Translations under genes and position numbers: made by a program
In this document: positions 52,895-64,000 of the stretch, one piece after another
Numbering within the stretch: the first letter of the stretch is position 1
Layout of the letters: every line of letters starts with the position of its first letter
The notes under the pieces: generated by a model
The model's input: the letters and a program-made list of their open reading frames with translations, nothing else
Database searches by the model: none
Told to the model about the DNA's origin: nothing
Source of the DNA: Eledone cirrhosa
Taxonomy: Eukaryota
DNA length: 64,000 nucleotides
Assembly (NCBI GenBank): GCA_964016885.1
Contig: OZ024743.1
Coordinates: forward strand, 78,988,001 to 79,052,000
Direction of reading: 5' to 3'

Positions 52895-53392
52895 CATGCT
52901 GTCCAAAAGATAAAATTATATTTAAAAGCTATACTAACTAATGTTAGAAATGTTCAATTCTAATTAGTCCATAAATCTACTACTCTATAGTGAGATGTAG
53001 TCATATGATTGATTTGTGGTCCAGGTAAAATATATTTAGTATATCAGGAAGGTTCTATTATAGTGACAACTGGATGACTGACATTGTAGAGAGTGAGATT
53101 TAGAGAGTTTCTAGGAGATATCTTTAAAGTAACCTACAATAATACTTCATATGTCAGGTTGTAGAGAGTGGGATTTAGAGAGTTTCTAGAAAATATCTTT
53201 AAAGTAACCTACAGTAATACTTTATATGTCAGGTTGTAGAGAATAAGATTTAGAGAGTTTCTAGAAGATATCGTTAAAGTAACCTAGAATAATACATTAT
53301 ATGTAAGGTTGTAGAGAGTGAGATTTAGAGAATTTCTAGAAGATATATTTAAAGTAACCTAGAGTAATACTTTAGATTTAGAGAGATTCTAC

Positions 53393-53795
53393 AAGCACCA
53401 CCGGATCCCAACTTCTAAATTTAATAGAAATAAGATATAGTAGAATATTTCATGCAATTTCTTTTTGTGAGAATTATCTCTCACTACATTTGTAATAATA
53501 ATGGAGGCATGATAAGCTTCGCAAAACGAGTATCAACATAACTTGCGTTTATTTTAGTCCTTGATAAATAAACGTGCCACGTGGCATGACAAGGTATAAT
53601 CCTGAATTATAAGATATGGTTGAAAAAAGGTTAGCATGCTTGTGCTCGATGTGACCAGTTTCAGATGTGCCGTCAAAAGAGAGTATGTGCGGTAGAGAGG
53701 TCGAGTGACGTCAGAACACTCCCTTATATACTGGCCACGGGTAAGTAACTCCAATTAGTTTTTTCTCCCCGGGTAAGGTGGCGCTAGTCGCTACA
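53393..53795 (-). repeat. 3' LTR (outer ~35 bp missing)
   Basis: Direct repeat of 58864-59279; starts TGTAG on minus strand; PPT GGAGGGGAG adjacent at ~53796-53810. Confidence 0.9.
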
Positions 53796-54044
53796 AGGCT
53801 CCCCTCCAGACGATAGTCGATAATAACCGTAAAGTCATTGTAGCGAGGAGCCGTAGAATAAGGAGCAAGCAAAACAAAAGGTACATAAATTACAATGGTT
53901 TGTAACAGAAGCAAAGTATGAAATAAGCATGCAGAAAAATATAACTGGAACAAAACAATTCAAAACAGTACAAGGGAGCAAGGAAAATAGTGCTCAAAAT
54001 AAGTTCAACATTTTTCAAAGTCAAATAGTTAATGCTACTAGGGG

Positions 54045-55498
54045 TTAGACGAATATTGTTTTTGAGAGTTTCCGTGGCCATATTACTGTCCTGCCACTTC
54101 GTGTGACATATGGTTGTGTGGTATGTGGTGTTTGCGGTGGAGGTGAAGGTGTGAGAGTGTATATGCGAGGTATATCAGGCAATGATGTGAGACTTTCAGA
54201 GAAAGCCTTCTTTGCTCTGTCAACGGATATTATCTCTTTTCGACCATTGACAGCCACTGTAAAGTGTGTTGGTGTGTGCGAAAACACACGAAAAGGTCCT
54301 TTATAGCGTGACGTAATTGGTCCCTTGACGGAATCATTCCGTATAAAATATGTGTCCACGTAGAGATGTCCGATGGGACAGCAGAAGAAATAGACTGGTC
54401 ACGAGGGTTCATTGGTGGAAGATCCGAGAAATACGAATGAATCCTGGTGACATATGATGCTGGGTCAAGATGCGATGAATCCACTGGTGCTAACATTTGT
54501 CCAGGAAGAGTCAATGTGGTACCATAAAGAAGTTCAGCAGATGAAAAACACAAATCTGTCTTAATGGCAGAACGACAACCAAGAAGCACAATTGGCAAAA
54601 ATTAGGATCAGCGTTGCGGATCAGGAGTAGCGCGAAGTGCAGCTTTCAACTGTCTATGAAACCTCTCCACCATTCCATTGGAGGCTGGGTGATAGCTGGT
54701 CGTATGAATGTGATTAGCACCCAAGAGTCGTGATATTTCACGAAATAAGGAAGCTCCGAACTGTCGTCTGCGATCCGTAATTATTTTAGTAGGAACACCA
54801 AAGCGAGCAATCCAATTGGAAATGAAAGCTCGGGAAACGGACTCTGCTGTTATGTCCACTAGAGGTATGGCTTCAGGCCACCGAGAGAAACGATAGATAC
54901 AGGTCAATATATATGTGAACCCACTACTAACGAGCCAAGGACCAACAATATCCATATGAATATGACGGAAACGTGCGTCTGGCGGGCTGAATTTCCCAAG
55001 AGGAGCGCGGACATACCGATAAATCTTGGAGCGCTGACACTTCAAACAAGAACGTGCCCAACCGGTGATTAAACGACGCATATTAGGCCAGAAAAATCGA
55101 GCCGTAATAAGCTTCACCGTGGCAGCTATGCCGGGATGCGACAAGGAATGAAGTGCATCAAAAACGGTACGTTGATGGCAATCTGGAACAAGTGGTCTGG
55201 GTGAGCCAGTAGAAATATCGCAGAAAATTTTTCCTTTAGCAGACGGAAGAGGTAAATTTTCAAATTTACATCAAGAAAACTGGGTAGAAGAAATGTCCAA
55301 CGAATCCAAAGTAGGTTGGTCAGTTGCCATGGCAACCAAATCGATATGTGTAGGAGACGCAAGAGAACACACAGAAAGTCGAGATAATGCGTTCGCGGGT
55401 ATGTTGGCAGCTCCAGCTATACGACGAATGTCACTGGTGTACTGGGAGATGAAATCCAAATGTCTGTATGCCCTCGGAGAGTATCTGTCGGACTTGGT
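54045..55498 (-). pseudogene. pol: Gypsy pol 3' part: RNase H end and integrase
   Basis: HPG..CLKC zinc finger, HMDIVGP / ITD / NGMVERFHRQLK DDE core, YKGPF (GPY/F) and TRSGR motifs; broken by stops and frameshifts. Confidence 0.92.
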
Positions 55499-56309
55499 CC
55501 ATTGATTGGGATTTATACCTCAATGTCGATAAGTGTTGCCATATGGCAGTGGGTATACCTTATAACTCAGCTCTTACCTTCAACGGTGGCACTGCTCCTT
55601 TGAAGGTGGTTGAGGAGACTAAAGATCTTGGTCTGCTGGTCGATTCGTCCTTCAAACTATCAAAACATTGCATTCAAGCCGCAAACAAGGAAAGGAGCTC
55701 TCTTTTTCTTATTCGACGCTCCTTTGCCAAACTCACTCCAGAAATTTTCAGGCCTCTCTATGTCGCCCTCGTGAGACCGCACCTAGAATATGGCATCCAA
55801 GCATCAAACCCATATCTCATCTGGGATATCCATCACTTGGAGAGAGTTCAACGACTAACGACTCGAATGGTACAGGGTCTTCATGAGCTGCCCTACGAAA
55901 GCCGGCTGCAGAAGCTGAAACTCTTCTCCTTGGAGCGTCGACGGCTACGAGGTCGATCTCATTTTGGCTTACAATCTCTTCAATGGCCATTACGATCTCC
56001 CTCAAGACTCCTATTCACTCCGGCACTTGAAAGGGGTCTACGTGGACATGACAAAAAGCTGTTCCACCGCCGCTTTCGCCTAAATAGATGGAAAGCTGCT
56101 TTCTCGATCCGCATCTCTGGACCCTGGAATCGGCTTCCAGAAGAAGTAGTCAACGCGTCAACCACGCAACAATTGAAGGCGAAATTGGACTGGTGTTGGA
56201 CCACTGTGTTTCCGACAGTGTAACCCCCCCCCCCCCATCCTCTCCTTACATGGCATCTTAAGCATCTATGTTTTAATTTCTGCCAAATATATTGAATTGA
56301 ATTGAATTG
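55492..56309 (+). mobile_element. 5'-truncated CR1-type LINE nested in the Gypsy RNase H
   Basis: ORF 55468-56223 has KDLG..VD, LY.ALVRPHLEY, LERVQR..TRMV, Y..RL..L.LFSLERRRLRG; short 3' UTR; (ATTGA)n tail. Confidence 0.9.
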
Positions 56310-57930
56310 GTTTGAAGATGGTGGAAGTGTCTCACAGCAAGATAAACTGCTAAAAGCTCTCTGTCAAAAGTACTGTAACGTTGCTCTGCTGGTTTTATTT
56401 GGCCTGTGAAGAACGCCAGTGGTTGAACCTGGTGGTCGATCGCATGTTGCAAAACTGCTCCAACAGTATGATCGGATGCATCAACAGTTAAAGAAAGTCT
56501 CGCGTTTGCAACAGGATGGGCGAGGAAAGAAACTTCCTCTATCTCAGACTTGACGGATTCAAAAGACTGCAAAGCATCAGCAGAAAGTGAAATAGGAGCA
56601 TCTTTCTTTTTCGCAGCCTTTAAAAACTGTTAAGGGGAAAAACTTATCCGCACAGTTAGGAATGAAACGACGATAAAACTTAATTAATCCCAAGAAATGA
56701 CGTAATTGTTTCAGGGAGGTGGGTGTTGCAATACGCTGAATCGCTTCTACCTTAAATGGCAAAGGTCGAATGCCTTCCGAATCTATAAGATGTCCAAAGA
56801 ATTCCAGTGAAGCTGTACCAAACACACATTTAGCTGGGTTGATTCTGACTTGGTACGATCGAAGACGTTGAAATAACTGGGATAGATGTTGATGATGGTT
56901 TTCAGCTGTGTCACTGGCTATCAGGCGATCATCCACGTAAGCAAACACGAAATCCAATCCACGCGTGACTTCATCGATAAAACGTTGGAGCGTGCTAGAG
57001 GCATTCCGCAAACCAAAAGGTATGGACAGGAATTCAAATGAACCAAAGGGGGTGGTCACAGCTATTTTTGGTATATCCTCTGGATTCATGGGTATCTGGT
57101 GGTATGCACGTATTAGATCTATTTTTGAAAATATCTTGCATCCATGCAGAACGGATGAAAAATCCTGTAAATTTGGTGGAGGATAAACGGCCCGGCGTTG
57201 TGATGGCATTAAGTCGTCGATAATCTCCCACAGGTCTAAAATCCGCTTCACCCTTACGAGCCAAGTGAAGCGGAGATACCCATGGGCTGGTGGACGGTCG
57301 TATAAGACCGAGCTGAAGCATGTGCTCGAACGCGTTTCGTGCTTTTTTTAGTCTATCCGGAGCCAACCTTCGTGGACGAGAGAAAGCAGGTGGACCTGTT
57401 GTTGTAACGAAGTGTTGATTCGAGTGGGCTGCCTGGGTAGGTTTAAATAAAATATCCGTTAACTCGGGAAACGAAGTAAGGAGTGTATTAAACTGGTTTC
57501 CGGCGGCAACCACAAAAAATGACGGTCTGACAGCAGTAGTGGTAGATTTAAGAGTAGGGGTAGATAAGGATGTGGTACTATCCACAAGTTTCTGGTTCCT
57601 GACATCTACCAAAAGTGAATAGTGCTGTAAGAAATCCGCACCGAGAATAGGATGAGGTAGATCGGCAATGACAAAAATCCATTTGAAATCTCGACGCAAA
57701 GCTAGGTCCAATGATAAAGATATCTGTCCATAAGTTTTTATAGGAGACTGGTTTACTGCATACAAGGAAATGCCGGAAAGAGTTTGCTTGTTAGAGTTGA
57801 ACCGTAAGGGCCAAATACTGCAACTAGATCCTGTGTCCACCATAAATGATCAATTCGAGACTCGGTCTCTGATAAAGAAAGCACGATAGGGTGAATTAAT
57901 GAGGGAGAGATCTGCCGTGCCCAGACTCTC
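56310..57930 (-). pseudogene. pol: Gypsy pol 5' part: protease, RT, RNase H start
   Basis: VDTGS protease, ILGADFL, DYRRLNAIT, FSKIDL.RAYHQI, PFGLRNA, YVDD, VDASD, YSTFDRELLAVY; frameshifted. Confidence 0.93.
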
Positions 57931-58700
57931 CAATTTTAGTTTTCCGAGGTCTCGAAAGAGCAGGGCTGAATACAATGTTTCGCCTTTTCACGAAAACGCA
58001 TGTGATACTAACACAAAGACGAGTTGTTGGTGGGGAGGTTGGCGCGACGGTGAAAGGAAGAAGACCGACTTCGTGAACGCCGTCTAGATGGCGTTCGATC
58101 CCTACATAGTTTAGCTACTTGCCTAGTTAACACATCAATGGCTCTCAACATAGAGTCCTCACGAGGTGAAGAAGGCTGGGTTTTGAAAGCAGAAGAAGCG
58201 ACGACCAAATCTGCCGAGGTAGGTGTCCTAGAAAACTCCATAATTCTGTACGCAGAGGCAGAAATTTGTTCTATCGAACTGGTGTCAACCATATTCGCCA
58301 ATATGGTTTGCACATTAGTTGGTAAACGGGAGAAGAATAACTTTTTTACGAAGGAACTGTCTTTGAGCGCAGCATCACTGAGTTCACGGATACGCCGTAA
58401 AAACTCTGTAGGAGTTCTGTCCCCCAGATTTTCATCCTCTAATAAAGAACGAAATTTACTCTCAGACGACCTACTATTCCTACTCAGTACCTCTATCTTC
58501 AGAGACTCGTAGGAAACGCTTTGGGGAGGGTCCGTGATTATGTCTTTTACTGTAATTGCTAGTGAAGCTGGAATTCCGCTGATTAGCACGTTTAATTTTT
58601 GCTGTTTTTCCTGTACCCCGTTGACCGTAAAATACGCATCGAGCTGGGCGAACCACAATTTGGCATCGCCAGAATGCGCTGGTAACGATGTGTTGCTCAT
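57930..58700 (-). pseudogene. gag: Gypsy gag
   Basis: WFAQLDAYF and LGDRTPTEFLRRI motifs; reading through the TAG at 58008-58010 gives C(W)YHMRFREKAKHCIQPC. Confidence 0.88.
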
Positions 58701-58815
58701 GATGAAATTTGGTCGAGAGAGATGATTTTCTTTTTCAAAACGTCCGGAGAAATTATATATTCAAACGTCGGTAGAAATTATTTGTTCAGACGTCGATAGA
58801 AATTATATGTTCAAA

Positions 58816-58826
58816 CGGGGTCACCA
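58816..58826 (-). promoter_or_regulatory. Primer-binding site, tRNA-Trp
   Basis: TGGTGACCCCG, complementary to the metazoan tRNA-Trp 3' end CGGGGTCACCA, 2 nt inside the 5' LTR. Confidence 0.85.
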
Positions 58827-58828
58827 CT

Positions 58829-59279
58829 TTTAGTGAGTTGGTCCCAGGGTTACTTACTCCAGTAAGCACCACCGGATCCCAACTACTAAATTTAATAGAA
58901 ATAAGATATATTAGAATTGTTCATACAATTTCTTTTTGTGACAATTATCTCTCACTACATTTGAAATAATAACTGAGGCATGATAAGCTTCTCAAAACGA
59001 GTATCAACATAACTTGCGTTTATTTTAGTCCATGTATTACAAATGTGGTAAATAAATGTGCCACGTGGCATGACAAGGTATAATCCTGAATTATAAGATA
59101 TGGTTGAAATAAGGTTAGGATGCTTGCCCTCAATGTGACCAGTTTAAGAGATGCCGCCAAAAGAGAGTATGTGTGGAAAAGAGGTCGAGTGACGTCAGAA
59201 CACTCCCTTATATACTGGCCACGGGGAAGTAACTCCAATTAGTTTTTTCTCCCCGAACAAGGTGCCGCTAGTCGCTACA
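58829..59279 (-). repeat. 5' LTR (~451 bp)
   Basis: Minus strand TGTAG...CTAAA (terminal CA apparently mutated); roughly 10% diverged from the 3' LTR by eye. Confidence 0.9.
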
Positions 59280-60994
59280 CTTCATATTTAAGGTTGTTGA
59301 GAGTGAGATTTAGAAAGTTTCTAGAAGATATCTTTAAAGTAACCTAGAGTAATACTTTATATGTAAGGTTGTAGAGATTGAAAAGTTATGAAGGAAAGAT
59401 TATTGTATTTCAGAATTTATATTTTGAAAAAGTTTAATTAATATTTAGAAAAACAAAGAATAAAAAAGAGACAAATAACAAAAATTATACAATAAAAATG
59501 AGCATAAAGGAAGAAAAATATAGCTTGAACTTGGATGAAACCAATGTGTTCATTTGGTGATTGGTGATAATTAACCACTCGGCCATTGGGATAATATCCT
59601 GACCAGATTAAATGTAGTTTTGTAATCACTTCTGGTCCCGTGGTCCACAAAAAAATTGTACTCAGATCAATATTTTCGGCGAAATCTTCTGAAGGCGGTG
59701 TCCGAGCATGTCAGCCGTACAATCACAGAAATCGTAAGAATAAATAAAATAAATGACAACTTGAAGGAAAAGTACTTTGATTGTTTTGTGGTCCGGGTAA
59801 AATATATTTAGTATATCAGGAAGGATCTATTGTCTTATCTACTGGATAACTCACATTGAAGAGTGTGAGATTTAGAGAGTTTCTAGAAGATATCTTTAAA
59901 GTAACCTACAGTAATACTTTATATTTAAGGTTGTAGAGAGTGAGAATTAGAGAGTTTCTACAAGAAAATAAAAAAAAACCTAGAGTAATACATTATATGT
60001 AAGGTTGTAGAGAGTGAGATTTAGAGAGATTCTATGAGAAATCTTTAAAGTAACCGACAGTAATACTTTATATGTTAGGTCTTAGAGAGTGAGGTTTAGA
60101 GAGTTTCTAGAAGAAATCTTTAAAGTAACCTAGATGTAATACTTTATATTTAAGGTGGTAGAGATTGAGATTTGGAGAGTTTCTAGAAGATATCTTCAAA
60201 GTAACCTAGAGTAATACTCTATATTTAAGGTTGTAGAGATTGAGATTTGGAGAGATTCTAGAGGATATCTTTCAAGTAACCTAGTGTAATACTTTATATT
60301 TAAGGTGGTAGAGAGTGAGATTTAGAGAGTTTCTAGAAAATATGTTTAAAGAAACATACAATAATACTTTATATGTCAGATTATAGAGAGTTAGATTTAG
60401 AGAGTTTCTACAAGAAATATTTAAAGTAACCTACTGTAATACTTTATATATCAGGTTATAGAGAGTGAGATTTAGAGAGTTTCTAGAAGATATCTTTAAA
60501 GTAACCTACAGTAACACTTTATATGTCAGATTGTAGAGAGTGAGATTTAGAGAACGTTCTAGAAAATATCTTTAAAGTAACCTAGAATAATACTTTATAT
60601 GTAAGTTTGTAGACATTGAAAAGTTGTGAAATAAAGATTGTTGGAATTAAGAATTTATAATTTGAAGAAGTTTAATTAATATTTAGAAAAACAAAGAATA
60701 AAAAAGAGAGTAAAGAAAAAAAGATGTAGCTTGAATTTGGATCAAACCCATGTGGTCATTTGGTCATAGGTGATAATGTCTAATACATTAACCACTCGGC
60801 GATTAGTATAAAGTCCTGACCAGATTAAACTGTGTTTCATAATCAGTTGTGGTGCCGTGGTCGACAAAATAATTGTGTTCGGATCGATATTTTCAGCTAA
60901 ATCTTCTGAAGGCAGTGCCTGAGCATGTCAGCCATACAATCACAGGATTCAATAGAATAAATAAAATAAAGGACAACGTGAAATAAATAGAATT

Positions 60995-61077
60995 TAGCAC
61001 TAGTGGGGTTCGAATCCACGTTGACATTTGTCCATAGAAACTTAACTCCAACGCCTTAACCACTCGGCCAACGTGCT
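60995..61077 (-). pseudogene. Degenerate tRNA-Leu(TAA)
   Basis: Full length, multiple stem and B-box substitutions. Confidence 0.8.
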
Positions 61078-62777
61078 CATCTTGTTGAAAATATAAAATT
61101 ATATTTAAAAGCTATACTAACTAATGTTAGGTATGTTAAATTCTAATTAGTTCATAAATCTACTACTATATAGTGAGATATAGTCATATGATTGTTTTGT
61201 GGTCCTGGTAAAATACATTAAGTATAACAGGGGGGTTCTATTATATTGACAACTGTATGACTGACATTGTAGAGAATGAGATTTAGAGAGCTCCTAGAAG
61301 ATATCTTTAAAGTAACCTACAATAATACTTTATATTAAAGGTGGTAGAGAGTGAGATTTAGGGAGTTTCTAGAAGATATCTTTAAAGTAACCTAGAATAA
61401 AACTTTATATGTCAGATTTTAGTGAGAGAGATTTAGAGAGTTTCTAGAAGATATCTTTAAAGTAACCTACAATAATACATTATATGTAAGTTTGTAGAAA
61501 TATAAAAGTTATGAAATATAGATTATTGGATTGAAGAATTTATATTTTGAAGAAGTTTAATTAATATTTAGAAAAATAAAGAATAAAAACGACACAAATA
61601 ACAAAAAATAGTCAAGAAAAATGAGAATAAAGAATAAAAGATGTAGCTTGAATTTGGTTCAAACCCATGTGGTCATTTGGACATAGGTGATAATGTCTAA
61701 TACATTAATCACTCGGCGATTGGTATAAAATCTTGACCAGAAAACTGAGTTTCATAATCAGTTGTGGTCCAGGGATCCACAAAAATATCGTGCTCAGATC
61801 AATATTTTCAGTGAAATCTTCTGAAGGGTGTGCCCGAAGATGTCAGCAGTACAGACAGATTCTAGAAGATATATTTAAAGTAACCTACAGTAATACGTTA
61901 TGTCAGGTTGTACAGAGTGAGATCTAGAGAGTTTCTAGGAGATATCTTTAAAGTAACCTACAGTAATACTTTATATTTCAGATTGTAGAGAGTGAGGTTC
62001 AGAGAGTTTCTAGAAAATATCTTTAAAATAACCTACAGTAATACATTATATGTCAGGTTGTAGAGAGTAAGATTTAGAGAGTTTCTAGAAGATATCTTTC
62101 AAATAACCTACAGTAATACTTCATATTTAAGGTTGTAGAGAGTGAGATTTAGTGAGTTTCTAGAAGATATCTTTCAAGTAAGCTACAATAATAATTTATA
62201 TCTCAGGTTGTAGAGAGTGTGATTCAGGGAGTTTCTAGAAGAACACTTTAAAGGAACCTACAGTAATACTTTATATGTAAGGTTGTAGAGAGTGAGATTT
62301 AGAGAGTTTCTAGAAAATATCTTTAACGTAAACCTAGAATAATACATTATATGTAAGTTTATAGAGATTGAAAAGTTATGAAAGAAAGATTATTGGATTT
62401 AAGAATTTATATTTTGAAGAAGATTAATTAATAATTAGAAAAATAAAGAATGAAAAGGAGACAAATAACAAAAAATATACAATAAAAATGAGAGTAAAGG
62501 AAAAAAGATGTAGCTTGTATTTGGATCAAACCCATGTGGTCATTTGGTCATAGGTGATAATGTCTCATATATTAACCACTCGGCGATTGGTATAAAATAC
62601 TGACCAGATTAAACTGAGTTTCATAATCAGTTGTGGTCCCGTGGTCGACAAAAAATTGGGCTCGGATCAATATTTGCAGTGAAATCTTCTGAAGGTGGTG
62701 CCCGAGTATGTCAGCCATACAAAAACAGGAATCAATAGAATAAATAAAATAAATGACAACTTGAAGAAAACATAATT

Positions 62778-62860
62778 TAGCACGAGTGGGTTTCGAACCC
62801 ACGCAGATATTTGTCCATTTGAACAAAAGTCCAACGCCTTAACCACTCGGCCATCGTGTT
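62778..62860 (-). pseudogene. Degenerate tRNA-Leu body with TTT anticodon
   Basis: Minus strand TTGGA-CT-TTT-GT-TCAAA. Confidence 0.8.
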
Positions 62861-64000
62861 CAGATTGTTCCAGATATAAAATTATATTTAAAAGCTATAC
62901 TAACTAATGTTAGGTATGTTAAATACTAATTAATTCATTAATCTACTACTATATAGTGAGATATAGTCATATGATTGTTTTGTGGTCCTAGTAAAATATA
63001 TTAAGTATAACAGGAAGGTTCTATTATATTCACAACTGGATGACTGACATTGTAGAGAGTGAGATTTAGAGAGTTTCTAGAAGATATTTTAAAGTAACCT
63101 ACAATAATACTTTATATGTCAGGTTGTAGAGAGAGAGTTTTAGAGAGTTTCTAGAAGATGTCTTTAAAACAACCTACAATAATATTTATCTCTAGTGTTG
63201 TAGAGAGTGAGATTTAGAGAGTTTCTAGAAGATATCTTTAAAATAACCTACAATAATACTTTATATGTCAGGTTATAGAGAGTGAGATTTAGAGAGTTTC
63301 TAGAAGATATATTTAAAGTAACCTACAGTGATACATCATATGTCAGGTTGTAGAGAGTAAGATTTAGAGAGTTTCTAGGAGATATCTTTCAAGTAACCTA
63401 CAATAATACTTCATATGTCAGGTTGTAGAGAGTGAGATTCAGAGAGTTTCTACAAGGAATTTTTAAAGGAACCTACAGTAATACATTATATGTAAGGTTG
63501 TAGAGAGTGTGATTTACAGAGTTGCTAGAAAATGTTTTTAAGTAGCCTAGAATAATACATTATATGTAAGTTTGTAGAGATTGAAAATTTATGAAAGGAA
63601 GATTATTGGATTTAAAAATTTATATTTTGAAGAAGTTTAATTAATAATTAGAAAAATAAAGAATGAAAAAGAGACAAATAACAAAAAATATACAATAAAA
63701 ATGTGAGTAAAGGAAAAATGAGGTAGCCTGAATTCGGATCAAACCAATGTGGTCATTTGGTCATAGGTCATAATGTCTAATACATTAACCACTCGGCGAT
63801 TGGTATAAAATACTGACCAGATTAAGCTGTTTCATAATCAGTTGTCATCCTGTGGTCGACAAAAAATTGTGCTCGGATCAATATTTCCTGCTAAATCTTC
63901 TGAAGTCAGTGCCAAGCATGTCAGCCTTACAATAAGAGGAATCAATAGAATAAATTAAATAAATGACAACTTGAAGAAAAAATAATTTAACATGAGCGGG

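Larger units (their letters stand above)
53393..59279 (-). mobile_element. Ty3/Gypsy LTR retrotransposon, CsRn1-like, decayed
   Basis: Two LTRs, tRNA-Trp PBS, PPT, gag with CX2HX9CX3C knuckle, order PR-RT-RH-IN. Confidence 0.95.
52209..64000 (-). repeat. Inverted, older and more diverged segment of the same tDNA array, with expanded 75-bp subrepeat blocks (~59830-60610, ~61860-62370, ~63050-63580)
   Basis: Reverse complement of unit motifs (GTTGTAGAGAGTGAGATTTAGAGAGTTTCTAGAAGATATC; TAGCACGAGTGGGGTTCGAACCCAC). Confidence 0.95.

Noticed and set aside
53360-53395. Target-site duplication of the Gypsy element
   Set aside because: The outer end of the 3' LTR and its flank are rearranged, so no TSD can be read
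58138-58725. Plus-strand ORFs over gag/pol (also 54103, 55293, 56965, 57038, 57899)
   Set aside because: Antisense shadows of retrotransposon coding sequence with no recognisable motifs
63988-64000. Another minus-strand tRNA copy
   Set aside because: Only ~13 degenerate nt lie inside the window, too little to annotate

Overview
Eukaryotic, AT-rich, repeat-dominated DNA with no intact protein-coding gene. The SINE family resembles octopus/coleoid cephalopod SINEs (recall-based inference). About 44 kb (~8.0-52.2 kb, with degenerate units from ~2.6 kb) is a head-to-tail tandem array of a ~912-bp unit. Each unit carries one 83-nt tRNA-Leu(TAA) gene with a poly-T terminator, a probable antisense SINE remnant, a cryptic second 'ghost' tRNA-Leu, and 2-4 copies of a 75-bp subrepeat. 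I count 48 tRNA copies between 8841 and 51647, 16 of them matching the consensus exactly. The array shows 7-unit (6308 bp) and 3-unit (2796 bp) higher-order repeats. At ~52208 it flips into an older, more diverged minus-strand array, which is interrupted by a decayed CsRn1-like Ty3/Gypsy element that itself contains a CR1-type LINE fragment. The left edge holds a solo intact tRNA-Leu, a CRE-like LINE remnant, a minimal hammerhead ribozyme motif, SINEs and a head-to-tail pair of non-autonomous Helitrons. All counts and alignments were done by eye.
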